Shown: piece after piece, positions 28,340 to 38,655 of the stretch
Layout: each line of letters starts with the position of its first letter
Numbering within the stretch: the stretch's first letter is position 1
Source: Spirochaetia bacterium
Lineage (GTDB): Bacteria > Spirochaetota > Spirochaetia > SZUA-6 > Bin103
Direction: 5' to 3'
Assembly (NCBI GenBank): GCA_965203055.1
Contig: OZ241863.1
Span: forward strand, 4,352,001 to 4,416,000
Length of the DNA stretch: 64,000 bases
Position numbers and translations under genes: made by a program
The notes under the pieces: model-generated
The model's database searches: none
The model's input: only the letters and a program-made list of their open reading frames with translations
What the model was told of the DNA's origin: nothing

Positions 28340-31012
28340 ATGCTCAAGACCGCCAAGACCGCCCGTCAGATCCGCCAGGAGTTCTTCGACTACTTCGTGC
28401 AGCGCCAGCATACGCTGGTGCCGAGCGCCCCGGTGATTCCCGCCGACGACCCGACGCTGTTGTTCACCAACGCGGGTATGAATCAGTTCAAGGATGTCTT
28501 CCTGGGGACCGGCACGCGCAGCTACGCGCGCGCGGTAGACACTCAGAAGTGCATTCGCGTCAGCGGCAAGCACAACGATCTGGAAGAGGTGGGACACGAC
28601 ACCTACCACCACACCTACTTCGAGATGCTCGGCAACTGGTCCTTCGGCGACTACTTCAAGGCCGAGGCGATTGCCTGGGCCTGGGACCTGCTCACCGCCC
28701 ACTGGGGGATTCCCAAGGAACGCCTCTACGCTACGGTGTTCTCCGGTGACGAGCAGGATGGCCTGCCGGCCGACGACGAGGCCGCGGCGCTGTGGCGCTC
28801 CGAGACCGACATCGACCCCGGCCACGTGCTCCGCTTCGACAAGAAGGACAACTTCTGGGAGATGGCGGACACCGGACCGTGCGGCCCCAACTCGGAGATC
28901 CACGTCGACCTGACCCCGGAGGGCAGTGGCGGACCGCTGGTCAACGCCGGCGACCCGCGGGTGATCGAGATCTGGAACCTGGTGTTCATCCAGTTCAACC
29001 GCCTCGCCGGCGGGACCCTGGAACCGTTGCCGGCCAAGCACGTCGATACCGGGATGGGCTTCGAGCGGCTGGTGGCGGTGCTGCAAGGCACCGACAACTA
29101 CGGCACCGACGTGTTCGCGCCGCTCATGGAAGGGATCGGCGATCTGGCGGGGCAGCGCTACGCCGCCGCGGGCGGGGAGCAACAGGTCGCGTTTCGCGTG
29201 CTGGCCGATCACGTCCGCATGTTGAGCTTTTCGATTGCCGACGGGGCGCTGCCCTCCAACGAGGGGCGCGGCTACGTGCTGCGGCGCCTGCTGCGGCGCG
29301 CCTCCCGCTACGGCCGGCTGCTGGAGCTGCGCGAACCGTTCCTCCACCGGCTGGTATCCACGGTGGCGGAGATGCACGCCGCGGAGTTCCCCGAAGTGGC
29401 GGCGCGGGCCGACTACATCGGCGAGGTGATCAGGGCGGAGGAAGCGAGCTTCAACCGCACCCTCGGGCGCGGCCTGGACATCTTCTCAGGTATCGTGCAG
29501 CGGGTGGCGGAGCGGCGGGAGAGCGAAGTGCCCGGCGGCGAAGCGTTTCGCCTCTACGACACCTACGGCTTTCCGCTGGACCTCACCATCGTGCTGGCGG
29601 CCGAGCGCGGGCTGACGGTGGATCAGGCCGGCTTCGACGCCGCCATGGCGGAGCAGCGCGAGCGGGCGCGGCGGGCCGGCAGGTTCGCCGCCGGCGGGGT
29701 GGAAGCATCCGCGTGGGTGCCGGTCACGCCGATGCGGCGGCAGCGCTTCGTCGGCTACGAACGACTTCGGGTGGAAACCGCGGTCCACAAGTGGGCGCTC
29801 AAGGATGGCCGCTACCACGTGGTGCTGCGCGACACTCCGTTCTATGCCGAGAGCGGCGGACAGGTGGGCGACCGCGGCGCCATCGAGGCGGGCGGCCTGC
29901 TCCTCACGGTGGAGGACACCCGGCGGGAAGGCGACCTGAGCGTCTGCCTGTGCCGCCCGGCGGCGGAGTCCGGCGCCGGCGCCGCGGCGGAGCAGCTCGC
30001 GGCGGCCGCGGTGACGGCCAGCGTCGACCGTGCCCGGCGCGCGCCCACCACCGCAAATCACACCGCTACCCATCTGCTGCATGCGGCGCTGCGCCAGATC
30101 CTCGGCGACCACGTGCATCAGTCGGGGTCGCTGGTGGCGCCCGACCACCTGCGGTTCGACTTCACCCACTGGCAGCGGGTCGAGCCCGGGCAACTCGGAG
30201 AGCTCGAGCGCATCGTCAACGGCGTGGTGCAGGCCGACCACGCGGTGGAGTACTTCACCGCCGAGTTCGACGCGGCCCGGCGGTTGGGCGCTACGGCCTT
30301 GTTCGGCGAGAAGTACGGCGCCACGGTGCGCGTGGTGCGCGTGGGCGCCGAGGCGGCCCCGGTAAGCCTGGAACTGTGCGGCGGCTGCCACGTCGTCCGC
30401 ACCGGCCAGATCGGCCCGTTCGTGATCACCTCGGAGGGCAGCATCGCCAGCGGCGTGCGCCGCATCGAGGCGCTCACCGGCGCCGCCGCGGTCGGCTACG
30501 TCCAGACGCAGCGCGCCACGCTGCAGCGGGTCAGCGCGCTGCTCGGCGGCTCCGCCGCCGAGCTCGAACGGCGTACCGAGGAATTGGTGCGGCATGCGCG
30601 GCACCTGGAGAAGCGCGTCAAGACGCTGGAGGCGGAGCAGAGCGCCCAGCAGGCCGCGGCGCTGGCCGCCCAGGCGGAGGAGATCGGCGGCGCGCGGCTC
30701 ATTCTCCGCACCTTCGAGGAGGAGTCGCCGGCCGCTCTCAAGGCGTTGGCGGAACGGCTGCGCGAAGCCGCGCCGCGTACCGTGGCGTTCCTGGTCTCCA
30801 CGCGCGGCGGCGGCTTGGCCATCGCCTGCGCGGTGAGCGACGACCTGGCCGCCGGCGCCCGGCGCCTGTCCGCCGCCGATCTGGTAAAGGAGGCCGCGGC
30901 CAAGGCCGGCGGCGGCGGCGGCGGGCGGCCCACCTTCGCCACCGCCGGCGCCAAGCGCGCCGCCAACCTCGACGCGGTGCTCGACGCGGTCCGCGCCCGG
31001 CTGGCCGGATAG
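28340..31012 (+). CDS. alaS: Alanine--tRNA ligase
   Basis: DPTLLFTNAGMNQFK, HHTYFEMLGNWSFGDYFK, DTGMGFER, NHTATHLLH, ELCGGCH, GGGGGR. Confidence 0.98.
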   Translation: MLKTAKTARQIRQEFFDYFVQRQHTLVPSAPVIPADDPTLLFTNAGMNQFKDVFLGTGTRSYARAVDTQKCIRVSGKHNDLEEVGHDTYHHTYFEMLGNWSFGDYFKAEAIAWAWDLLTAHWGIPKERLYATVFSGDEQDGLPADDEAAALWRSETDIDPGHVLRFDKKDNFWEMADTGPCGPNSEIHVDLTPEGSGGPLVNAGDPRVIEIWNLVFIQFNRLAGGTLEPLPAKHVDTGMGFERLVAVLQGTDNYGTDVFAPLMEGIGDLAGQRYAAAGGEQQVAFRVLADHVRMLSFSIADGALPSNEGRGYVLRRLLRRASRYGRLLELREPFLHRLVSTVAEMHAAEFPEVAARADYIGEVIRAEEASFNRTLGRGLDIFSGIVQRVAERRESEVPGGEAFRLYDTYGFPLDLTIVLAAERGLTVDQAGFDAAMAEQRERARRAGRFAAGGVEASAWVPVTPMRRQRFVGYERLRVETAVHKWALKDGRYHVVLRDTPFYAESGGQVGDRGAIEAGGLLLTVEDTRREGDLSVCLCRPAAESGAGAAAEQLAAAAVTASVDRARRAPTTANHTATHLLHAALRQILGDHVHQSGSLVAPDHLRFDFTHWQRVEPGQLGELERIVNGVVQADHAVEYFTAEFDAARRLGATALFGEKYGATVRVVRVGAEAAPVSLELCGGCHVVRTGQIGPFVITSEGSIASGVRRIEALTGAAAVGYVQTQRATLQRVSALLGGSAAELERRTEELVRHARHLEKRVKTLEAEQSAQQAAALAAQAEEIGGARLILRTFEEESPAALKALAERLREAAPRTVAFLVSTRGGGLAIACAVSDDLAAGARRLSAADLVKEAAAKAGGGGGGRPTFATAGAKRAANLDAVLDAVRARLAG

Positions 31013-31067
31013 TCGCCGTCCCCCCAGCCGACGTCCCGATACGCCCGGCCCGGCCGGACGTATTTGC

Positions 31068-31097
31068 TTGACATTGTCGAGTTCCCGGTACGATAGT
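31068..31097 (+). promoter_or_regulatory. Putative rpmB promoter
   Basis: TTGACA at 31068-31073; -10 candidates TACGAT (15-bp spacer) or GATAGT (18-bp spacer); SD AGGAG downstream. Confidence 0.5.
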
Positions 31098-31127
31098 CCC
31101 TTGCGGAACAACAGATAGGAGTTTCAT

Positions 31128-31370
31128 ATGTCACGTACTTGCAAGATTACCGGCAAGAGGCCGATGGCCGGGAACAATGTGTCGAAGGCGCACAACAAGA
31201 CGCGGCGCGTGCAGCGGCCCAACCTGCAGCGCAAGCGGATCTACCTTCCCGAAGAGGAGCGCACGGTGCGGGTGCGGCTGTCGACGCGGGCGTTGCGCAC
31301 GGTCGACAAGAAGGGGCTGTTGAAGTACCTGCGCGACGAGGGGCTGCAACTTAGCGACGTCACGATATGA
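31128..31370 (+). CDS. rpmB: 50S ribosomal protein L28
   Basis: MSRTCKITGKRPMAGNNVSKAHNKTRR...PNLQ; lacks the full zinc-ribbon cysteines. Confidence 0.97.
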   Translation: MSRTCKITGKRPMAGNNVSKAHNKTRRVQRPNLQRKRIYLPEEERTVRVRLSTRALRTVDKKGLLKYLRDEGLQLSDVTI

Positions 31371-31936
31371 CCGGCGCCGGGGATGCTGCCGGCCCCGCCC
31401 GCGAGGCGCGTATCGGCATCATCAACGTCTCCGACCGCGCCGCCGCCGGAGTCTATGAGGACCTGCCCGGCAAGGCCATCGTCGCCGCGCTGGGGGAGTA
31501 CTTGGTGTCCCCGTGGACCCGGGAGTACCGCATCGTGCCCGACGAGCGGGACCGGATCGCGGCCACCATGATCGAGTTGGCGGACGCCAAGGGCTGCTGC
31601 CTGATCGTCACCTCGGGCGGTACCGGTCCAGCGCCGCGCGACGTGACCCCCGAAGCCACCGCCGACGCCTGCGAGAAGATGCTGCCCGGATTCGGCGAGT
31701 TGATGCGCCAGGTGAGTCTGCAATACGTGCCTACCGCGATCCTGTCGCGCCAGACCGCCGGCGTACGCGGCGGCGCTCTGATCCTGAATCTGCCCGGCCG
31801 CCCGCGCGCCATCCGCCAATGCCTGGACGCCGTATTTCCCGCGGTGCCCTACTGCGTCGACCTGATCGGCGGGCCGCGGCTGGAGGTGAACCGCGACGTG
31901 GTCAAGGCATTCCGCCCCGGCGAAACCGCGAACTGA
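31367..31936 (+). CDS. mog: Molybdopterin adenylyltransferase
   Basis: SDRA..GVYED, TSGGTGPAPRDVTPEAT, PGFGELMR, PTAILSRQ, NLPG.P; ATGA overlap with rpmB. Confidence 0.95.
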   Translation: MTGAGDAAGPAREARIGIINVSDRAAAGVYEDLPGKAIVAALGEYLVSPWTREYRIVPDERDRIAATMIELADAKGCCLIVTSGGTGPAPRDVTPEATADACEKMLPGFGELMRQVSLQYVPTAILSRQTAGVRGGALILNLPGRPRAIRQCLDAVFPAVPYCVDLIGGPRLEVNRDVVKAFRPGETAN

Positions 31937-31967
31937 TTACTGCGGCAGCCGCGTAGGCCGCTGAACG

Positions 31968-34900
31968 ATGCCTGTTGCCGATCCGAACACGCGCGCGCAT
32001 TTGGAATGGCTGGGCTTCATCCAGCCGCACGGTCTGGTGGTGTCGCCGCCGGCGCTGCTCAAGGCGGGCGCGTTCGTCAACCGGCAGGATACCCACCGGC
32101 AGGCGCTGCTCGCCGGCTGCGCCGACGAACGCGAGCTCGCTCCGGGCGGCAACCCACAGCAGTGCATCCGCGACTTCCGCGAGTTCGCCGCCGCGGTGCT
32201 CGGCTGGGGCTTCTCGCCCCGGGGCTACGCCGGCTTCACTGAAGCAGCTCCGATCCCTGAAGAACTCACGCTGCCGCTGCCCGATTACGGCGAGACCCTG
32301 CGCCCCGACTTCGCGGTGCGCGAGCGCGACCCGGCGAACGGCGACTCCCCGTGGCAACTGCTGGTGCAGGTGCTGGCCGCCGGCCAGGAGTTCGACCGTC
32401 CGGCGCCGGGCGCCGGCGGGCTGGACGCATCCGCCCAGGGGCGCGCGGAACGCCTGCTGCGCGCCACCGGGGTGCCCGCCGGCGTGCTGGTCAACGGCGT
32501 TGCGCTGCGCCTGATCTCCGCCCCGCGCGGCGAGAGTTCCGGCTGGATGGATTTCCGCTTCGCCGACCTGCTCACCACCGCCGGACGCCCGCTCTGCTCC
32601 GCCCTGCACCTGCTCCTGGGCGAGCAGCGCCTGCTGGCGCTGCCGCGCCATGAACGCCTCACCGCCGTGCTGGCCGACAGCCGCCTGTACCAGAACGAGG
32701 TGTCCGAGCGCTTGGCCGAGCAGGTGCTGCATGCGTTGTACGAACTGGTGCGCGGCTTCCAGAACGCCCATGCCGCCACCGACGGCGCGCTGCTGAGCGA
32801 GCCGCTGGCCGCCGGCCGCGACCGCAACGCCATCTACCGCGGGTTGCTCACCGTGATCCTGCGGCTGGTGTTCCTGCTGTACGCCGAGGAGCGCGGCCTG
32901 CTGCCAAAGGACGAGACCTTCGCGCGCCACTACTTGCTGGGCGGCCTCTACCGGCGGCTGCGCAAGGACGCTGCGGCCTACCCGGACACGATGGACCAGC
33001 GCTACGGCGCCTGGGCGCAGTTGGTGGTGCTGTTTCGCCTGCTCCACGACGGAATACCGGCGGGCGGCGGCGGCGCGGTAAGTCTGCCGGAGCGCCGCGG
33101 CGCGCTGTTCGATCCCGACCGTTACCGGTTCCTGGAGGGCCGTAGCGGCAGCGGGTCGCGGCAGCGGAACGCGCGGCTGGAGCCGCCGCGGGTGTCGGAC
33201 GGAGTGGTCTACCGGGTCCTGGAAAAGCTGCTGGTGCTGGACGGGGAGCGGCTCTCCTACCGGACGCTGGACGTGGAGCAGATTGGCTCGGTGTACGAGA
33301 CGATCATGGGGTTTCGGCTGGAGACTGCGACCGGGCGCTCGCTGGCGGTCAAGCCGGCCAAGAAGCTGGGGGCGCCCACCACCATCGACCTGGACGCGCT
33401 GCTGGCGCAGCCCCCCGCGCGCCGCGGGCGCTGGCTGCAGGAGCGGGCGGACCGCCCCGTCAGCGCCGCGGTCGCTCGTGGGTTGCGCGCCGCGCGGACG
33501 GTGAACGACCTGCACGCGGCGCTGGACCGGGTGCTGGATCACGCCGCGACGCCGGACTTGGTGCCGCGCGGCGGGCTGGTGCTGCAGCCCAACGAGGAGC
33601 GGCGCCGTTCCGGCTCGCACTACACGCCGCGCGAGCTGACCGAGCCGATCGTGCGCCACACGCTGGCGCCGCTGCTGGAGCGGCTGCGCGGCGAGGACGG
33701 CGGCGCGCCGCGCCCGGAGCAGGTCCTCGAACTCAAGATCTGCGATCCGGCGATGGGCTCGGGGGCGTTTCTGGTGGAGACCTGCCGCCAGTTGGCCGAC
33801 GCGCTGATCGAGGCGAGGGGCGCGCACGGCGCGCTGCCTGACATCCCGGCGGATGAAGACGAGGTGACCTTCGCGCGGCGGCTGGTGGCGCAGAAGTGTC
33901 TCTACGGCATCGACCGCAACCCGATGGCGGTGGACTTGGCCAAGGTGTCGCTGTGGCTGAGCACGCTGGCGCGCGACCATCCGTTCACCTTCGTGGACCA
34001 CGCCTTCCGCCGCGGCGATTCGCTCATCGGGCTGACGCGGCGGCAGATCGAAGCGCTGCACTGGCAGGGCGGGCAGCCGATCCTGGCCGGCTTCGGGGTG
34101 CGCGAGAAGTTGGAGGAAGCCGCGGCGTTGCGGCGCCGGATTCGGGAAGCGGACGACACCGTGACCGACCGCGAGCTGCAGCGTCTGTGGCGCCGCGCGC
34201 AGGACGCGCTGGCCGAGGTGCGGCGGTTCGGCGATCTGACGCTGGCGGCGTTCTTCGAGGGCTCGAAGTCGAAGGAGCGCGCGGCGCGTCTGGAGGCGTA
34301 CCAGGAAGCGATTTTGACGCGGCAGGCGCGGCGCTACGCCGCGGAGTTGAAGGCGCGCCGTAACACTCAAGAAAAGCCGTTCGCGCCGTTCCACTGGGAG
34401 ATCGAGTTTCCCGAAGTGTTCGAGCGGGAGAACCCCGGCTTCGACGGCTTCGTCGGCAACCCGCCGTTCGCGGGCAAGAACAACGTTGCCGCCGGCAACG
34501 TCGCCGGCTATCCGAGCTGGCTCAAGGAACTGCACGCGCGGAGCCACGGCAATGCCGACCTGGTGGCGCACTTCTACCGGCGCGCGTTCGACCTGCTGCG
34601 CGGCGGCGGCGCGTTCGGCCTGATCGCCACCAACACCATCGCCCAGGGCGACACCCGTTCCAGCGGCCTGCGCTGGATCTGCGAACGCGGCGGGGAAATC
34701 TACCGCGCCGTCAAGCGCGTCAAGTGGCCGGGCGATGCCGCGGTGGTGGTCAGCGTGGTGCACCTCGCCAAGGGCGAGTTTGCCGGCAAGAGGATGCTCG
34801 ACGGTGCCCCGGTGGAGCGCGTCACGGCGTTTCTGTTTCATCGGGGCGGGCATGCCGATCCGGTGCGGCTGGCGGCCAACGCCGGCAAGAGCTTTCAGGG

Positions 34901-35885
34901 CAGCATCGTGCTCGGCATGGGATTCACCTTCGATGACACCGACCGGAAGGGAGTCGCATCACCGCTCGCCGAGATGCGGCGGCTGATCGCTCAGGACCCG
35001 CGCAACCGCGAAGTGATCTTCCCCTACGTCGGCGGCGAGGAGGTGAACACCAGTCCCACTCATACGCACCATCGCTACGTCATCAACTTCGGCGAGCGAA
35101 GCGAGGCCGAGTGCCGTCGGGGCTGGCCGGACTTGATGGCGCTCGTCGAGGAGCGGGTCAAGCCGGAGCGACTGCGGCAGAACGACAGAGGTGCACAAGA
35201 GAAATGGTGGCAATTCATCAGACCGCGTCCCGAGCTTCACGCCGCCATCTTCCGACTGGATAGGGTATTGGTAGTCTCCCGTGTCGGCCAACAAGCGGCA
35301 TTTACCTTCCTCCCAAGAGACATGGTGTACGCGGAATCCATGATCATCTTTCCGTTGACTTCGTACGCGGCATTCTGCTCCCTCCAGTCCCGTCCCCACG
35401 AAATCTGGGCACGCTTCTTCGGATCGTCAATGAAGGACGATCTCCGCTACACCCCTTCCGATTGCTTCGAGACCTTCCCGTTCCCGGAAGGCTGGGAAAC
35501 TCATCCCGACCTCGAAGCCGCCGGCAAGGCGTACTACGAATACCGCGCCGCGCTCATGGTTGACAACAACGAGGGCATGACCAAGACCTACAACCGCTTC
35601 CATGACCTCTACGAGACCGACCCGCGCGTCGCCGAGTTGCGCGAGCTGCATGCCGCCATGGATCGCGCCGTGCTCGACGCCTACGGCTGGAGCGACATTC
35701 CCACCGCCTGCGGCCTCCTCCTCGACTACGAGATCGACGAGGCCTCCTGGGGCCGCAAGAAGAAGCCCTACCGCTGGCGTTGGCCCGACGAAGTCCGCGA
35801 CGAAGTGCTCGCCCGCCTGCTCGCCCTCAACGCCGACCGCGCCGCCGCCGAAGCCCGCGCAGGCATCGCCGCAGGCCACGGATAA
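31968..35885 (+). CDS. Large N6-adenine DNA methyltransferase with C-terminal TRD (Type IIG/Eco57I-MmeI-like; resembles DISARM DrmMI)
   Basis: GSHYTPRELT, motif I DPAMGSGAFL, motif IV GNPPF, C-terminal RYTPSDCFETFPFP and TKTYNRFHD...LRELH..MDRAV. Confidence 0.88.
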   Translation: MPVADPNTRAHLEWLGFIQPHGLVVSPPALLKAGAFVNRQDTHRQALLAGCADERELAPGGNPQQCIRDFREFAAAVLGWGFSPRGYAGFTEAAPIPEELTLPLPDYGETLRPDFAVRERDPANGDSPWQLLVQVLAAGQEFDRPAPGAGGLDASAQGRAERLLRATGVPAGVLVNGVALRLISAPRGESSGWMDFRFADLLTTAGRPLCSALHLLLGEQRLLALPRHERLTAVLADSRLYQNEVSERLAEQVLHALYELVRGFQNAHAATDGALLSEPLAAGRDRNAIYRGLLTVILRLVFLLYAEERGLLPKDETFARHYLLGGLYRRLRKDAAAYPDTMDQRYGAWAQLVVLFRLLHDGIPAGGGGAVSLPERRGALFDPDRYRFLEGRSGSGSRQRNARLEPPRVSDGVVYRVLEKLLVLDGERLSYRTLDVEQIGSVYETIMGFRLETATGRSLAVKPAKKLGAPTTIDLDALLAQPPARRGRWLQERADRPVSAAVARGLRAARTVNDLHAALDRVLDHAATPDLVPRGGLVLQPNEERRRSGSHYTPRELTEPIVRHTLAPLLERLRGEDGGAPRPEQVLELKICDPAMGSGAFLVETCRQLADALIEARGAHGALPDIPADEDEVTFARRLVAQKCLYGIDRNPMAVDLAKVSLWLSTLARDHPFTFVDHAFRRGDSLIGLTRRQIEALHWQGGQPILAGFGVREKLEEAAALRRRIREADDTVTDRELQRLWRRAQDALAEVRRFGDLTLAAFFEGSKSKERAARLEAYQEAILTRQARRYAAELKARRNTQEKPFAPFHWEIEFPEVFERENPGFDGFVGNPPFAGKNNVAAGNVAGYPSWLKELHARSHGNADLVAHFYRRAFDLLRGGGAFGLIATNTIAQGDTRSSGLRWICERGGEIYRAVKRVKWPGDAAVVVSVVHLAKGEFAGKRMLDGAPVERVTAFLFHRGGHADPVRLAANAGKSFQGSIVLGMGFTFDDTDRKGVASPLAEMRRLIAQDPRNREVIFPYVGGEEVNTSPTHTHHRYVINFGERSEAECRRGWPDLMALVEERVKPERLRQNDRGAQEKWWQFIRPRPELHAAIFRLDRVLVVSRVGQQAAFTFLPRDMVYAESMIIFPLTSYAAFCSLQSRPHEIWARFFGSSMKDDLRYTPSDCFETFPFPEGWETHPDLEAAGKAYYEYRAALMVDNNEGMTKTYNRFHDLYETDPRVAELRELHAAMDRAVLDAYGWSDIPTACGLLLDYEIDEASWGRKKKPYRWRWPDEVRDEVLARLLALNADRAAAEARAGIAAGHG

Positions 35886-35899
35886 GAAGCCCGACTATC

Positions 35900-37357
35900 C
35901 TACCGAATAGGCCGCACGCCGCCGCGTCGGCCGAGCCCATATCCTACCCGAAAGACGTCAGGAATGTTCACGCGGCCGTCACGCAACCGCAGAAAGACGC
36001 CGAGCGACTCCAGGTCCGTGCGCACGCCGTCGGATCGCTGCCCGATGTGACGCGGTGGCAGCTTCACTGCGTCCTGATCGGCTTCCTCGCGCAAGCGATC
36101 GAGAACACCCTCGCTGCGCCAGCGCTCGGCGATGTGGTCGAAGGGGCAAGGTACGACCATGCCGGCAAGCGGAGTCAGCACCCGGTCTATCCACGGATAG
36201 TCCTCCCGCATCTCGCTGACACGTATCCTCGACGCTTCCTGGACACCGCGCTTGATGCTTTCGTAATGCAGAGCGTACCGGTGCTCAGGATGCTCGTACC
36301 GGGTGTCCTCCACCGCCTTTCGCAGCGCGGCGAGAAACGAACGCGGGCTCACTCTGCCCTCCGTATCGGCAAGGTGGTTCGGGATCCACGTGTACGGAAA
36401 CCCTCGTTTGGGACCGCGACCCATCCACTCGCCGGCGATGGCATGAAACTTGCCGCGTTGTTGGTCGTCCTCCTTGAGGATGGCCCGCGGGGCGGAGAAT
36501 ACCGATTCATCGCCCGCTCTGAGCTCCGACCAGTCGTGGGAGGTGAGAAAGCCCCGAAAGCGCTTCCCATGCCGTCCGTTGGCGAGAAAGTGCCACAACA
36601 GACCGTACAGCTCGCGGCGCGGCCAACTTAGCTCGATGGCCGAGGAAAGGACCTTCGAGGCATCGGGGAAGTCGGCGATCTGGCTCTCGTCGACCTGGTC
36701 CGACCGCAGGAAGACCTTGACGCGCAGACGGCGGTACGCACGCATGTCGAGGGCGGTCTGCAGCAGACCGCGGATCGCCGGATACATCTCCTTCCAGTCA
36801 TCGGCGCAGCGATCCAGGGCGTCGAAGAGTATCACCAGATGGGCGCCCCTTCGATCGAGTTCCACATCTCGTTCGTGAAACAGTCGGTCGATAACCTCCG
36901 GATTGCGATCGACGAACGCTACACGATCCGGCCACGAACGCCGCTTCCGCAGCTCATCCGCAACGCCGGCGAGCTGCCACGCCTGCACGGTTCGCCAGAT
37001 CGACCTGGGTTCGGCGCCATCCAACATCAAAGTCCTCAACACGTCCTTGCTCGGGTATGCGTCGGGCTCCGGCCGGACGCCGAAACCGGTTCGCACCTCC
37101 GTGCTCTCGCCCATCGGGGATGGGACCGACTGCTGGCCGACCAAGTCGCGTACCGCCTCGTTCTGGAGCGCGCCCCACCAGAACGTCTTTCCCGCGCCGC
37201 GCATGCCGGTCACCAACAGGATGTCCGGATGCAACGCCTTGAGGTGAGAGCGCGGCAGGTAGACCTGCGTGGGCTCCGGTCGGTCGCCGTGGCTGGTGCC
37301 GTCCGGCAGCTCGTCCAGCGCTTCGCGTGCCGTTTCGACGTCGATCGTCTGGCTCAC
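35900..37357 (-). CDS. P-loop NTPase of unknown function (third gene of triad)
   Basis: Walker A TGMRGAGKT, Walker B LVILFDALD, KVFLRSD strand, SPRSF; GTGA overlap with upstream gene. Confidence 0.8.
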   Translation of the reverse strand: MSQTIDVETAREALDELPDGTSHGDRPEPTQVYLPRSHLKALHPDILLVTGMRGAGKTFWWGALQNEAVRDLVGQQSVPSPMGESTEVRTGFGVRPEPDAYPSKDVLRTLMLDGAEPRSIWRTVQAWQLAGVADELRKRRSWPDRVAFVDRNPEVIDRLFHERDVELDRRGAHLVILFDALDRCADDWKEMYPAIRGLLQTALDMRAYRRLRVKVFLRSDQVDESQIADFPDASKVLSSAIELSWPRRELYGLLWHFLANGRHGKRFRGFLTSHDWSELRAGDESVFSAPRAILKEDDQQRGKFHAIAGEWMGRGPKRGFPYTWIPNHLADTEGRVSPRSFLAALRKAVEDTRYEHPEHRYALHYESIKRGVQEASRIRVSEMREDYPWIDRVLTPLAGMVVPCPFDHIAERWRSEGVLDRLREEADQDAVKLPPRHIGQRSDGVRTDLESLGVFLRLRDGRVNIPDVFRVGYGLGRRGGVRPIR

Positions 37358-38655
37358 GGCGTTCCCTCGTTCCTGCTACTGGCGAGGAGCTCGTCGAACC
37401 GAGGCCGGAATTGCTCGTAGGCATTCCGTACTGCTATCTGTTCCCGCTCCAGGTCGCGTAGCGACGCACCGGCCGCAAGTCCTCTGTTCCAGTGGATGGC
37501 GATCGGGTCGTGCGGCGCGCCTTCTTCGTGGAGATCGAACGAGAACCGGTCATGGGAGTCGCCGGACGGCTCGATGTTGTCATACAGGTGTTCCCGAAAC
37601 AGGTTCCACGCCTGCTCCCGAAACCGCCGGAGGTACCGATCGGGGTCGGTCTCCGGCGTCAGGGCGGAGACGATCGACAGCCGTTCCCTGATGCTCGGAG
37701 CCAGGCCATGCGTCTGCCAGTGGCGGAACAGCACGGCGTAGTCGGTCCAGTGGCTCTCCGCGTCGACCGCGAACAGCAGGACCTGAGCACCGAGGTCGGT
37801 CACCGTAGCAGCGGCGATGTCGTGCAGGCCGCTGCGGCTTTCCAGCAGCACGATCGACGGCTTGTACGTCTCTTCCAACCGCGACAACAGTCGTTCCAGG
37901 CGAGCCGTCCAGGGAACCTTGATGTCCAGGTAGACACGGCCCAACTTCGCCAGATACTCGCCGGGTTCGCTGCCGTGAGCGGGAACCACGTGCACGTCGC
38001 CGTCGAGATCCTGCGCCCAGGCGGGAGCTGCGGCCATTCTCTCGGATACGTAGTCATCCTGTCCGACCAAGTCCTCCACGAACCAATCGGTGACGCCGAA
38101 CTCCGGGCGCGCCGCCGGATCGAGCATGGCGGACGACAACCCCGGCGATTCCAGGTCCAGATCGACCACCAGCACGCGTTCGCCGTTGCGCGCCAGATGC
38201 CATGCCAGAACCGCCGCCGTGGTGCTGCGCCCGACGCCGCCCTTGACTGAGTAGAGCGTGTACCGCGTCGCGCTCGTTGTTCGGGGAGGGGCTTTCACCG
38301 TCCACCAATCGCCGCCCGTCACCAGCCGATCGGCCAAATACACGCCGGGGTGAATCATCAGCGCTTGGTCGTCGAGATCGTCCAGCAGCGCGGCGTCCAT
38401 GAACAGCACGGCGTCCTCCGCGGGGAATCCGTGCGGGCCGAGCGTCTCGTGCAGCCTCCGGGCGAGAGGTTCGAGCACGGCGCGGACCGTCTTGCTTGTC
38501 TCCATCTCGTCCGAAACCGAAATGCGAACCCTCCCCAGGAGGTCGCGCACCAGATAGATGCGTCCGGCCTCGGACAACGCCTCGGAAGACATAGTTTCGA
38601 GTACGCCTGCTACGCGGTCCGTTAAGGCGTCAAACGCTACGAACGGATCCGTCAT
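37354..38655 (-). CDS. ParA/MinD-like ATPase with KGGVGR variant Walker A and N-terminal extension (433 aa)
   Basis: YSVKGGVGRSTT, VLVVDLDLESPGL, LLESRSGLHD; ATG 38655 overlaps the upstream stop (ATGA). Confidence 0.85.
   Translation of the reverse strand: MTDPFVAFDALTDRVAGVLETMSSEALSEAGRIYLVRDLLGRVRISVSDEMETSKTVRAVLEPLARRLHETLGPHGFPAEDAVLFMDAALLDDLDDQALMIHPGVYLADRLVTGGDWWTVKAPPRTTSATRYTLYSVKGGVGRSTTAAVLAWHLARNGERVLVVDLDLESPGLSSAMLDPAARPEFGVTDWFVEDLVGQDDYVSERMAAAPAWAQDLDGDVHVVPAHGSEPGEYLAKLGRVYLDIKVPWTARLERLLSRLEETYKPSIVLLESRSGLHDIAAATVTDLGAQVLLFAVDAESHWTDYAVLFRHWQTHGLAPSIRERLSIVSALTPETDPDRYLRRFREQAWNLFREHLYDNIEPSGDSHDRFSFDLHEEGAPHDPIAIHWNRGLAAGASLRDLEREQIAVRNAYEQFRPRFDELLASSRNEGTP

Noticed and set aside
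37354..38655. ParA as a plasmid or chromosome partition gene
   Set aside because: No parB, rep or parS seen; variant Walker A, extra domains and coupling to a HEPN-like gene.
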